Shown here: positions 52,213-63,965 of the stretch, piece after piece
How positions within the stretch are numbered: the first letter of the stretch is position 1
How the letters are laid out: each line of letters opens with the position of its first letter
The notes under the pieces: generated by a model
Told to the model about the DNA's origin: nothing
The model's database searches: none
The model's input: the letters and a program-made list of their open reading frames with translations, nothing else
Assembly (NCBI RefSeq): GCF_001194135.2
Contig: NC_068986.1
Span: forward strand, 72,443,218-72,507,217
From: Octopus bimaculoides
Taxonomy: Eukaryota
Direction: 5' to 3'
Length of the DNA stretch: 64,000 nt
Position numbers and translations under genes: made by a program

Positions 52213-53490
52213 TGAGGGTGGGCTGAAAAGTTCATAGGCTGATTATGAAGGAGTGATACTAGAGCTGGGAAATCTTACATGCATTAATTTCAACCCTACT
52301 TATTAATAACTGCATTGTTTATTTCCTACTAAACTAACATCTGAGTGTTCAAAGAAGATTTCATAAGTAACTAGTGGCAACTTTTCTTGAAAATGGGCAA
52401 AATTGGGCATTGTGGTGTTATCAAGTACCAACAGAAAAATGGTTTTGTCCCTAAGGAGATTCATGCTGTCATGGTTGCTACATTAGGGATGATGCTCCAT
52501 CTTTCTCCATGGTGAAAAAATGAGCAGCTGAATTTAGAAGGGGAAGAGAGAATCTTCATGATGAACCAAAGTCTGGACGTCCTGAAATTGCAACCAGTGA
52601 GGAAAACGTTGATCATGTAAACCACATATCGATGGGAAATAGGCGATTGACTACAAATCAAATAGCCAATGCTATTAGCATATCCCGTGAGAGAACTGAG
52701 AATATTCTGTGCAATGAACTTGATATGGCAAAGGTTTCTGTGCGATGGGTTCTGCATCTCATGACACCTGATCAAAAGTGCACCAGGCTGATCACATTAC
52801 AGGAAAATTTGATATTGTTTGAGGCAGATACAGCTGGTTTCCTTGAACATTTCCTAACTCAGGATGAGTGTTGAGCCAGAGACAATACATTCAGTGGAAA
52901 CACCTCTCTTTACCTGCTCCAAAGAAGTGCAAGGTGGTTTCATCTGCAGGAAAGATGATGGCCTCAGGTTTTTGGGTTGCAAAAGATATTGAGTTTACAG
53001 ACTATCTTAGTAGAGCTACACCATTAATGGAGAGTACTATGCCAACTGCTGAGGCAGTTACAAAAGGCTAACTAAACCAAATGCTTGGGAAAACTGATGG
53101 AAGTGGTCTTGTTTCATCAGCACAATACTCCAGCACACAAATCCTTGATTTCTTCATGGTCTCAATGGGTGCTGTAAATGACTGGCTTTGAACTGACTGA
53201 TCATCCTCCCTATTCTTCTTATTTGGTCCCATCTTACTATCATCTATTCCCCAACATGAAAACACACTTGACTGAGAACCAGTATCACAGTGATGGTGAC
53301 ATAATTTATTGTTGATGATTTTTTTTTTGAGCAACAGGATGAAAGCTTCCTCACTAATGGGACCGAAGTACTGCAACACCGATGTAAGAAGTATGTAGAC
53401 TGCGTGGGGGACTATGTTAAAAAAGAAACCTCATTTGTTCACTTTCCATGAGAGTCATTTGGTCAGCCTATGAACTTTTTAGCCGACCAT
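52213..53490 (+). mobile_element. Near full-length decayed mariner (DD34D) transposon, ~1.28 kb
   Basis: TIRs (t)gagggtgggctgaaaagttcataggctga / ggtcagcctatgaactttttagccgacc. The broken transposase starts at ATG 52393 and includes RRLTTNQIANAISISRER..NIL.NEL.M.KVS.RWV, FLTQDEC and WKH...PAPKK.KVVSSAGK.MAS.FW. Confidence 0.92.
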
Positions 53491-53499
53491 ATTAGTTGT

Positions 53500-53645
53500 A
53501 AATTTTGGCACAAGGCCAGCAATTTCAGGGGAGGTAAGTTCATAACATCTACTCCAGGGCTCAACAAGTACTTATTTTATTGACTCCGGAAGGATGAAAG
53601 GCAAAGTTGACCTCGGCAGAATTTGCACTCAGAACATAAAGACAG
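53500..53645 (-). mobile_element. SINE family A copy
   Basis: ggcacaaggccagcaatttcagggg...gaaggatgaaaggcaaagttgacctcggcagaatttgcactcagaac. Confidence 0.8.
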
Positions 53646-53802
53646 CTTAATCATCTTTAATCGTGGGTTTGTTGGATGAGAGCTAAACTATAACAGATGT
53701 CGAAACTAAAAGTAAAAAGGTAAAGAACAATAACTGCATACAAATTATTTTGACTAGAGTTATCTCCCATTAAAATGAAGAGTTACAATGGTAGAAAAGT
53801 CA

Positions 53803-54830
53803 GGAGTGGAAGTGGGTGTTCTGAGAGCGTTGCTGCTAGAATAAAAATAGCCTGGCCAAAGTTCAGAGAGCTCCTACTTCTGCTGTTGACTGATGGTCTC
53901 TTGCTCAGAGTGAAAGGTACACTGCATGACGCTTGTGTACAAACAGCCATGCTACATGGCAGTGAAACAGGGGCTGTGACTGCTGAGGACATGTGTAGGC
54001 TTGAAAGAAATGAAGCTAGTATGCTCTGCTGGATGTGTAATGTCAGTGTGTATATACGACAGAGTATAAGCGCCCTGAGAGAAAAGTTGGACATAAGAAG
54101 CATCAGAAGTGGTGTGCAAGAGAGACGACTGTGCTGGAATGGTCATGTGTTGCATATGGATGAGAACAACTGTATGAAGAAGTGTCACACCCTAACAGTG
54201 GAGGGAACCTGTGGAAGAGATAAACCCAGGAAGACATGGGATGAAGTGGTGAAGCACAGCCTTTGAATGTTGGGCCTCACAGAGACAATGATAAGCGATT
54301 GAGACCTTTGGAGATATGCTGTGCTTGAGAAGACTCGTTAAGCCAAGTGAGATCATACCTGCGGCTGATGCCAGTGTTGCATAACCGGCCTGTTTAAAAC
54401 TACCCTTCAATTGTCGAGCAATATGCTGTGCTTGAGAAGACCTGTTGAGTCAAATGCAACCGTAGTCATGGCCGATAGCAGTGCCACCTGGCTGGTACCC
54501 ATGCCGATGGCATGTAAAAAGCACCATTCAAGTGTGGCCAATGCCAGTGCCAGTGGCATGTAAAAAGTACCATTCAAGTGTAGTCGATGCCAGTGCCGCC
54601 TGACTGGCTCCCATGTTGGTGGCATGTAACAAGCAGCATTCGAACATGGCCGATGCCAGTGCTGCCTGACTTGTCCCCGTGCTAGTGGGCCCGTATTAAG
54701 CACCCACTACACTCTCAGAGTGGTTGGTGTTAGGAAGTGCATCCAGATCAGACTGGCTTGCCAGTCCTCAGTCAAGCCGTCCAACCCATGCCAGCATGGA
54801 AAGAAGATGTTAAACGATGATGATGATGAT
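53803..54830 (+). mobile_element. 5'-truncated RTE LINE: ORF C-terminus plus 3' UTR and (GAT)n tail
   Basis: Track ORF 53775..54266 reads GCSESVAARIKIAW.KFRELL.LL...GL.LRVKG.L.DACV.TAMLHGSET.AVTAEDM.RLERNEASML.WMCNVS...RRL.W.GHV...RKTWDEVVK; tandem gccagtgcc subrepeats; tail ends at 54830. Confidence 0.92.
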
Positions 54831-54844
54831 ATATATATATATAT

Positions 54845-55012
54845 ATATACAATGGGCTTCTTTCTGTTTCTGCCTACCAAATCCACACACAAGGCTTTGA
54901 TCAACCTGAGACTATAGTAGAAGACACTTGCTCAATGTGTCAGGGAGTGAGACTGAACCTAAAACTAAATGGCTGGAAAGTAAGCCTCTTACCACACACC
55001 CATGCCTGCACC
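54845..55012 (-). mobile_element. SINE family B copy
   Basis: ggcttctttctgtttctgcctaccaaatccacacacaaggctttg..caacctgagactatagtagaagacacttgc. Confidence 0.75.
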
Positions 55013-55914
55013 TATGTCTAAACATTACTTAACATATACAGACGTTCATAGAAAAAAATACGTTTATAAAGGAAAAGCTGGGTAAAAAAAGTACTTTTGG
55101 TATTGAATGAAGCAAACACAATTGCCTACATGGTGAGTTGTTAAACTACAGGATTGAGGTGGAAGCTATTATACAGTCAGGATGTGTAAATGAGCAGAAG
55201 TTGTAGTATCAAATGTAGAAAAGATGCATAGATTGGACTGAGCAGCTAATATTGCAAATCATGTATGACATTAATATCCAAGCTGAAACCATAGGCAAAT
55301 TTTGTTAAGGTTATCTGTACAGATATTGTATAGAAATTATAGCCATCACTGACTTTTGTTACTACATTTTGTATTCAGATATGAAACATAGTAACAAAAA
55401 TTAGTGCTGGCTATAATTTCTATAGAATCTCTGTAGAGATAATTTTAACAAGTGATGTAAAACTACTTTAGGCCAGGTGTTAAAAAGCTAAAGTATGATG
55501 GCAGGACTGACCCAGTTGTCTTGCTATAGAAGACATAGGTGGCTACCTCATATTATACAGGAATGGGTAGGAATCGGTGGAAAGAAGATGAAGATGGTGG
55601 TGATTAGGTGTCAGGTGTCAGTACAAAAAAGTGATAAGAGAGAATATCCAATTGGGATGGGGGGTGTGAGTGAATAAGTTCATAGGAGTGTGAGAGGAGA
55701 GTGACAGGTAGTTATGGATGGGGTCAGAAGTTAATATTGTTAATGGTGTACAAGGGTGGAGGTGTGGTCAATAGTAAATAAGTGAAAAGAAGCTTTTAAA
55801 GATGAAGTATGGCAGTCCTAAGATGTTGTTCAGTAGAGAGGGAGAAATACTTGGAGGCAGAGAAAGAGGTGAGCAGTGGAAAACAAAGTGGGAAGGGATT
55901 ATATTCTTTTCTAC

Positions 55915-56113
55915 TCTAGGCACAAGGCTCGAAATTTTGGGGGAGGGGCCAGTCGATTAGATCGACCCCAGTACGTAAACTTGTACTTATTTTATCGACC
56001 TCGAAAGGATGAATGGCAAAGTCGACCTCGGTGGAATTTAAACTCAGAAGACAGACGAAATATCACTAAGCATTTCGCCCGGCGTGCTAACCTCTCTGCC
56101 AGCTAGCTGCCTT
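55915..56113 (-). mobile_element. SINE family A copy (young, CpG-rich)
   Basis: tcgattagatcgaccccagtacg...ttatcgacctcgaaaggatga.tggcaaagtcgacctcggtggaattt.aactcagaa...catttcgcccggcgtgctaac. Another copy lies at 56392-56560. Confidence 0.88.
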
Positions 56114-56835
56114 GGGAAGGAATAACATTGAGAAAGAGGAATGGATGTTAAATGCATACTAATATCTTTGCTGTTTGGATAAGAGTCCAGGTTCCAGGCT
56201 CCAGGGAGAGGAGGAGATAACTAGTGGTATAAAGGGAAATAAATATGTATATATTCCGCTATCAGATCATTACAGCAGTTGAATGTGAGGAATACGCACG
56301 CACACACACAGTTGTGCAAAATTCTGACTAAAAAAAAACAAATACTCATATATTAAGTAATAGAATGGGTATGTTATTATTTGTATAATACTGGTTTCAG
56401 ATTTTGGCACAAGGCCAGCAATTTCAGTGGAGGGGATACATCGACCCCAGTTACTTATTTTATCAGCCCCGAAAGGATGAAAGGCAAAGTCGACCTCAAC
56501 GGAATTTGAACTCAGAGCATAAGGCTGGACGAAATTTTGCTAAACATTTTGCCCGTCGGAATACTATAGTCTCGTGATAACGATTTCATGTCAGAAATGA
56601 AGAAGCAAATCCAGCATTTAACAGGAATAGCTGAATGAAACAGTGCAGCCTGGACTGAATGCATCATATCCAGTTAATGGGTTAGAGAGACGTAAAAAAA
56701 ATCGAAACGGTAATCAGTTGAAAGCACACACATCAAATGCAAAATGAAAGAGATTGGTTTAATTAGTCCTACAGAGTTATGTCCCTTGGATTGGTTTTTT
56801 TTTCCTTTCCAAGTCTACCCCAATATATATTCATT

Positions 56836-57420
56836 CTTTTACATGTTTCAGTCATTTGACTGAGGCCATGCTGGAGCACCACCTTAAAGAGTTTTAGTTG
56901 AATAAATCGACTCCAGGACTTATTCTGTCGTTCTCTTTTACCGAACGACTAAGTTTTAGGGACGTAAACACATCAACATCGGTCATCAAGCAAAGGTGGG
57001 AGGACAAAGACAGACAGAAGACACACACACACACATTTGTATATGTACATACACTACGGACTTCTTTCAGTTTCTGTCTACCAAATCAACTCACAAGGCT
57101 TTGGTCAGCCCAAGGCTATAGTAGAACACACCTGCTAAGGTGCCACACAGTGGGACTGAACCTGGCACCATGTGGTTGGGAAGCAAGCTTCTTGCCACAG
57201 TGTGTGTATATATATATTAGTCTTTTAGTCATTTACTTGTTTCAGTCTTTAGACTGCAGCCATGATGGGGCACCACCTTGAAGAAGTTTAGTTGAACAAA
57301 TCAACACCAGTGCTTATTTGTTTTAATCTTGCTATTCATTCTATCAGCTTCTTTTACCAAACCACTAAGTTACCGAGACGTAAACATACCAACACCAGTT
57401 GTCAAGCGGTGGTGAGGGAC
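56836..57420 (-). mobile_element. SINE family B full copy plus a second partial copy
   Basis: The tail gtttcagtcatttgactgaggccatgctggagcacc occurs at 56845 and again at ~57240; the head ends near 57200. Confidence 0.8.
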
Positions 57421-57588
57421 ATATTATAATATTAAGGAATGTCAAAATCCAAACTTACAAGGATATTCAATTTAGTAATACCAAACTGAATTTTATAATA
57501 TATATTTTTTATTATAAAATTCAATTTGGTATTACTAAATTGAATATCCTTGTAAGTTTGCATTTGACATTCTCTGATATTATAATAT
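57421..57588. repeat. Imperfect inverted repeat (~64-80-bp arms, 9-nt loop)
   Basis: 57437-57500 pairs with 57510-57572 with only a few mismatches; the outer atattataatat matches as well. Confidence 0.9.
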
Positions 57589-57639
57589 ATATATATGTAC
57601 TCTAGTTTGACGCTCGGGAAGGTGAGAAAGTACATGGAC

Positions 57640-59600
57640 TTTTCAGACTCAATGAAAGGAAATTTAACCAACAGCTAACTGAACAAGGAAAATGCGCATC
57701 AGAAAAATGATGTGGTAAATGCTGAAGCAGCAAAGAACTTTTGCTCAGCTATTCGGAGCATAAGGTTCAATTCAAATGGGAAGTAGCTTATAGAAATTAA
57801 AAGTGAAATGCAAATAGGTCAAGACAAGAAATGATAATTTTACAGAGGAGAAAGTAAAAGAGATGCTTACGAAAATACCATAATGGAAAAGCCTTGGACC
57901 AGTGGTATTCAGAGATTCTAGTTTTAAAATCTCACAAGCATGCACAATTTTATACAACTGTTTCTGACCAACTGTGTAGAAAATGGAACACCAGTATCAG
58001 TGACAAAAGGAAACAATGTAAATGCAAAAAAAAAAAAAGAAATTAAAAAGGAAGGGAAGTCAGTAATTATAGGTCTCTTACATGTTTACCATGGCTCTGG
58101 AATGTTACTAACAAGCTTCATAGTATATGAATTGCATAGCTTTCTGAAGAAGGAGAATCTATCACTAAAGGAACAGAAGAGATGCAGAAAGAAGTCAAAG
58201 GGAACTACTTATCAATAGCATGATACTAAGTCAGGTATGAATAAGAATGAACTTAGCTGTTAGTTGGACTGATGGTAAAGAAGTATAAGATAATGTACTG
58301 TACTGCTGGATCATGGAGGATACTCAGGATCAATGAAATATGACATTTTGTTTTTAGAAAAAGCAATGAGATCATGAGAAGTAGAACTAAAATGTGGAAG
58401 TAAGTCATTAACACACTTGAAAATATGCCGGGGGATATTTCAGGGAAACTTGCTTTTCCATTCCTTTTTGTCATTGCATTAATCCCTTTGACTAGCATAC
58501 TGAGAAAATTCAGGCCTGTCTCAGAGCTTGCAAAATAAATCACTTGCTATATATGGATGACCTCATACTATATAACAAAAATAAAGAAGACCTGGATTCT
58601 GTTATCCAAACAGCAAAGATATTATTATGCATTTTGGGTTAAATAAGTGTGCAATTAATATATGTTCCATGCCAGTGTTGAGATGCTATGCTCCATTTTC
58701 AAAGCTACTTTAAAGATAATATGCTCCATTTTTTAAAGACAGAGTTACAGGAATTAGACAGAAGAATGAGGAAGCTGCTTACAAAGTAATACTGGCAGGC
58801 TCTATTTACAAAAAAAAAAGAAAGGCATAAATTTGTTAAATGCAAAAGTCATCAGAACTGTGACATTAGGTTGATAAAATTATATTGTGCACAGTGAAAA
58901 AAAAAATATTGTCTGCAGCTAGAAATCTCCAAAAAGTCACTGAAACAGGAAAAGAATTCAAGAATATAGATACAAACAACAAGACAAATAGTTGACAAGA
59001 GAAGTAATGTTGGAAATAGAGAATGCTGGTCATGACTGTCAGATGGAAATCTAAAACAAGAAACTGAAGTAACTGACTATAGTTGTGCAAGAACAAACCA
59101 TTAAAATGAACCTGATAAAGACAAAAATTAATAAAACTCAGTCAGAGAACAAATGCACAATCTGAGTTAAAGAAGACAAAAGTGTAGTAACGCATGCGTA
59201 GAATTAAACAAGCAAGCGTTTCCCGCTCAATTCATTCTCTTTCACGCTGGCCAGCGATTGAACATGGACGTGTGTTTAAAAGCTGTCCCTACATCTTTCG
59301 GTCTTATACTCGACAGCTCGTTATTCTCACCTCTAAAGATGTATAACTAAAGATATGTATGTTTTACCAAGTAAATAAATGTTGTTTAAGTTGTTTAGTC
59401 TGGAGTTCAGCGTTCCGTCTATTTCTTTAATTTTATAGTAGAAAGTCAGGTATACAATCTAAAGATGTATAACCCACTTTCTACTAAAAAAGTATTAACC
59501 ATGTCTTTAGTGATTGCAGTAAGTAAGCACAAAAAGAGTATAAATGCAACCATGACTTGATAGTTAAAAGTGTGCATTGAGATGTTAGCCATGTGTATCG
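57640..59600 (+). mobile_element. Decayed R4/Dong-like non-LTR retrotransposon (RT plus Cys/His region), interrupted by a solo LTR
   Basis: Broken frames show NL..SWTD..K..D.V...WIME, GIFQG....PFLFVIALIPLTSILRK and KINHLLYMDDL (YMDD at 58550-58561). Later come GNLKQETE...QEQ.I..N.IK.KI.K...NKC and INHVFSDCSK*AQKEYK..HD. Confidence 0.8.
59183..59487 (+). mobile_element. Solo LTR, ~305 bp
   Basis: Starts TGTAGTA and ends TACTA(c)A; 5-bp TSD AAAAG at 59178-82 and 59488-92; AATAAA at 59374-79; CpG-richer than its flanks. Removing it restores the LINE reading EDKSINHVFSDC. Confidence 0.7.
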
Positions 59601-60061
59601 ATTCAAAGTGACAAAAAGGTGGTATGAACATGAACTGAAGGGAAGAGTGAAAAGGGAGAGAGAGAAGTGTTAACGATGTAAGATTGGGGGGAACATATTA
59701 ATTGTTATGCTAAGACACTGTGAAACGGTTATTTCAAGGGAGAAACAAAGAAAGAGAGTGTGCTAATGTTGTGAAGGTAAGAGAAAGGTATTGCTATCAT
59801 GTTGTGCGGTTAGTTAGTTGAAGAAAGAGGTAGAAAGTAGAAAGTGAGATATAAATATGTTAAGTGCAGGGGCACGTGGTATAGTTGAAACAAGAGGTAA
59901 AGAGAGAGAGTGAGTGAATGTTGACTGAAAGGAGAGGAAAGCAGTTACATGATTTTAAATGTAGTATTATAGAATATTGTAACAAACAATAAAAATAAAT
60001 TACAGAGATGTACTTGCATAGCAAGTGACCTGATCTGAGATTGCATGCTGAAACAAAAACA

Positions 60062-60352
60062 ATTGCAGCATGGAAAGTGTTTATAAGCCATTTAAAAACA
60101 AAAAAAAAACCTTTAGATTGACTTCAACATTTAAATTTTAATTTACCAAAATATTTTCATTGCTTTGAGACCGCAACCTGATCACTGGCAAAATTTCGTA
60201 CTGCATCTGATACAGCACAGAATTTTGTCAGTGATCAGGTTGCAGTCTCAAAGCGACGAAAATATTTTGGCAAATTAGATTTAAATGTTGAAGTGAATCT
60301 AACAGCTTTTGTGTGTTTTAAAATTATTTATAAACACCTTCCATGCTGCAAT
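60062..60352. repeat. Long fold-back repeat (~132-bp arms, 25-nt spacer), possibly the inverted pseudo-LTR end of a Penelope-like element
   Basis: 60062-60195 is the reverse complement of 60221-60352 with scattered mismatches (directly seen). The Penelope assignment is inferred from this arrangement and a hammerhead-like motif. Confidence 0.85.
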
Positions 60353-60485
60353 AAAAATAGTTATTGTTACAGTTTTAATGTTTCTATATCTTCAAATGCT
60401 TGATGTATCTATGTGGATTGATACAAGATGCAAAATATGGCTCAATATACTGACACACAGTTAAGTCAAAGTGAAATCATCGTCT

Positions 60486-60947
60486 TCATCATCATCATTT
60501 AACATCCGCTTTCCATGCTAGCATGGGTTAGACAGTTTGACTGAGGACTCGCAAGCCAGAAGGCTACACCAGGTTCCAGTCTGATCTGACAAGGGTTCTA
60601 AAGCAGGATGCCCTTCATAACACCAGCCACTCTGAGAGTGTAGTGGTTGCTTTTTTTCATGCCACTGGCACGGGGGCCAGTCAGGTAACGCTGGCATAGA
60701 CCACGATCCAAATGGTGCTTTTTACATGCCACTGTCACAGGTGCCAGTCAGGCGGCACTGGCATTGGCTACAGCTACGATTTCGTTTCACTCAACAGGTC
60801 TTCTCAAGCACAGCATATAGCTCAACAATTGAAAGGTACTTTTAAATGGGCTGGTTATACATCACTGGCATCTGCCACGGCTATGATGTTATTTGACTTA
60901 CCATGTCTTCTCAATCACAGCATATCTCCAAAGGTCTCAATCGCTTG
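60486..60947 (-). mobile_element. RTE LINE 3' UTR fragment, antisense
   Basis: (cat)n tttaacatccgctttccatgctagcatggg...ggatgccctt...ccactctgagagtgtagtgg, the reverse complement of the tails at 52040-52211 and 54700-54830. Confidence 0.85.
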
Positions 60948-60949
60948 TG

Positions 60950-60950
<1 letters not shown>

Positions 60951-61036
<86 letters not shown>

Positions 61037-61038
61037 CA
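60951..61038. repeat. Compound tetranucleotide microsatellite (GATA)n(GACA)n(GGCA)n
   Basis: Directly visible. Confidence 0.95.
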
Positions 61039-61189
61039 TGTTAATTGATTGATTGATTGCCCCTTCAATACTGCCTATGTGGATTTTTGCAACTTCTGAA
61101 GAAATAAAGATCTGCAGTCTCATCAAACGTAACAGTAACAAATAATTTTTTTTTTTCAATCATTGTCTTAATTTTACCTTCAATTGTAG

Positions 61190-61870
61190 CAGCAATACAA
61201 TTAATGATCTCATTTTAAATATCACTTGAAAGTCCTGAAAATGTGCAGTTGGAATTTTTCCTTATGAAATCTAAGTGCGATCTAAAACAATCATTGTATT
61301 CTGCTACTACTTTACATATAGTCAGAAAATTACTCTTAGTATATGATTCTTCTGTTTGATCATACACTTCAAATGGTAATTCTTGATAAGCCAAAATTTC
61401 AATACAATGAATTAACCTTTTCAATATATCATGATTTTTCTCTACCGATGTATTATGGAATTGAATCAAAGCTGTTATCCAGTGATCTATCGCTGAATCA
61501 ATTCATTGTCAGCCAATGGTTTTCAGAGCAATTATGGAATTCAAATGGTTCTGAGATTTTTGTGTTTTGACAAAGCTGTAATCAAATTGTGCAAATCACA
61601 GTAGTCAGTAGTTGTGCATGTGTTCTAATGCTGACAAACTGACAGACATGAGAAACAGAACAATTTGTTCAGAATAGGACACCCTGTCATCCAATCATAT
61701 TGTTCATAATACTTGGAATCAAAATAACAATGGCATTCCTTGCTGCTCACTTCGGCGTTGATTTCAGTTCAAGTTTTGGCTTCTCTTTTTCAAGAATGAT
61801 AATATTCTTCTTCTCTTTAAAGCTTCTTATTGCAAAAGGTTGGAAAAGTTGAGAGGAAACTGAGCAAATT
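61190..61870 (-). mobile_element. Decayed hAT-type (ZMYM1-like: TTF zinc finger plus DUF4371) transposase fragment
   Basis: The minus strand encodes YFDSKYYEQYDWMTGCPILNKLFCFSCL. Track ORF 61215..61469 reads IQFHN..VEKN.DILKRLI.CIEILAYQELPF..YD..EES..KSNF...FSGLSSDI, cf. KNR.ILKRLID....LA.Q.L.FRGHDES..S.N.GN. Confidence 0.75.
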
Positions 61871-62214
61871 GATTCTTTTGTCATCCTGGAGTTGAATGAA
61901 AGTGTGAAAAAAGTTACTGTGTTATAATCTTTTTAAATGAATCGAGGCTTTACTCTAACAAAAAATGTATGTGCTAGTTCACTTTTTTTACAAAACCTTT
62001 TTAAAAATAATTTTAAATATTTAAAATTAAATTCAAAAAGCATTGGTATGGATAAATGGATGAAAAATTTCTTTTTAATCACATAATATAATCTTTGCCA
62101 GTTGCTTCTTTCCACTTTAGTCAAGAAGAAAATTCTTGGTAGTGGTCACATGACTGAATTTGGGTCTTAAGAAGGGGTCAAGAATACTCTCTATGGGTTA
62201 AATCTTTTTAAAAA

Positions 62215-62612
62215 GCAGCTGTGGCTATGTGGTAAGATGCTTGCTTCCCAACCACGTAGTTCTAGGTTCAGTCCCACTGCACTGCATCTTGGGCATATAT
62301 CTTCTACAATAGCCTCAGCTCAACTAAAGCCTTGTGAGTAGATTTGGTGGACAGAAACTGAAGGAAGCCCGATTTATATATATGTGTGTGTGTGTGTGTG
62401 TGTCTTCATGTCTGTGTTTGTCCTCCACCACTACTCAACAGCTGATCTTGGTGTGTTTACATAACTTAGCAGTTTGGCATGAGACTGTTAGCATATGCAG
62501 CAAGTTTTAAAAAGAAAGTACATAGGTCAATTCATTCAACTTAAAATTCTTCAAGGTAGTGCCCCAGCATGGCTACAGTCTAATGACTGAAACAAGTAAA
62601 AGATAAAGGATA
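62215..62612 (+). mobile_element. SINE family B full copy
   Basis: Head gtggctatgtggtaagatgcttgcttcccaaccac...ggttcagtcccactgc; tail atggctacagtctaatgactgaaacaagtaaaaga. Confidence 0.85.
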
Positions 62613-63199
62613 AAATATATACTCTTCAGTACTGAATAATCATTCAAAATAAACCAGAATCAGCAATAAAACAAACATGCAAATTGACTAAACACCCATC
62701 TCTAAACTAAATCTGTCTGACTATGAGGAAAGCTTTAAGTCCTTTGAATAGACAAGTTTTTGATCTTTTCAGCACAGGGCAGAAAAGAAAACATCAGCAA
62801 TTCAGAAGAAAATATATTAAGAATGTGGCTGTTGGCTGTGGTTGGAAGGCAATTGTAAAATTTCTGTTTTTCTCTGTCTTTGACCTCCCAGTCTTTTGTT
62901 TTGTCTTTCCTTTTCACCCACTTTTCAAAGAGAATAATAGAATATGAAGAAAATAACACCATTGCTTTTCCTAACAGTGATTGAAATCCAGCAGAAAAAA
63001 TTCTGCTTTCGTCTGTCTTTCTCTCATTGACTTCCTAGTTGATTGTGTTTTTCTTTCATACTCCTTGCTTGAAGGGAAGAGGAAAGCAGTTAATTCATTG
63101 CTTTTTCTTCTTTTCTCAATAAGCGAACAAGATCTTTTTCTACTTACACTTCTTAAATAGTATCAATTGTTTACAATTTATACCTAGATGAGAAGCATT

Positions 63200-63965
63200 A
63201 TGGCTTCATGCTCAGGAAGGCAACTGCAGGAAAAATATTTGGCTAAGTGCAAGCCACTATTTTTGGCATTCACTGACTTGGAGAAGGCATTTGACAGGGT
63301 ACCACATTCAGTAATTGTGTGGCCAAAGAGAAAACTAGATGTAGATGATTGGCTTGTGAGAGAATTGTGCAAATTATATACAAAGATACTGCATGTAAAA
63401 TGAGAGTCAACAACAGTTTCAGTGACAAATTTAGTGGTAGTTGTCAAGGCCCAGTCCTCAGTCCTCTTCTGTTCATCACAGTCTCCCATCACAGAGGAGT
63501 TTAAGACTCCTATGTTATGATAATCTAGTTCTCATAACTGAATCTATAGTGAGATTAGAAATGAAGTTCCAGGCTGGGAAGCTAAATTGAGAGACCTCAT
63601 GATAAACTTAATGAAGATGTAGGGAAGAAAGACAGCAGTTTGCTCAATATACAGAAAAGGAGTATGTATAAACTCCATATGATGTACCAAGTATAAGATA
63701 GAGGTACATAAGAGATGTAGTGGAATCACAGACAGACAACCAGAGAAAGTGAGCATTGTGTATGATAGATGAACTGGAGCAATGCATACTAAAAGCAAAC
63801 TGGAAGTAGATTCTCTTTAAATACCCAGATTGCTCACAAAAAGTGATTGTTATCTTCTGTTACCAAGGAGACATAATTTGCAAGGGAGGTGATTGCCATG
63901 AAAGTATAGTAGCCAAAGTAAGAATGGATTAGAAAATGTTCAGAGTGCTACTACAACTGCTGATT
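63200..63965 (+). mobile_element. Decayed RTE LINE RT fragment
   Basis: Track ORF 63188..63403 reads RQLQEKYLAK.KPLFLAFTDLEKAFDRVP.S.I.W..RKL.VD.WLVR; later QG.VLSPLLFIT and GGDCHESIVAKVR. Confidence 0.85.
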
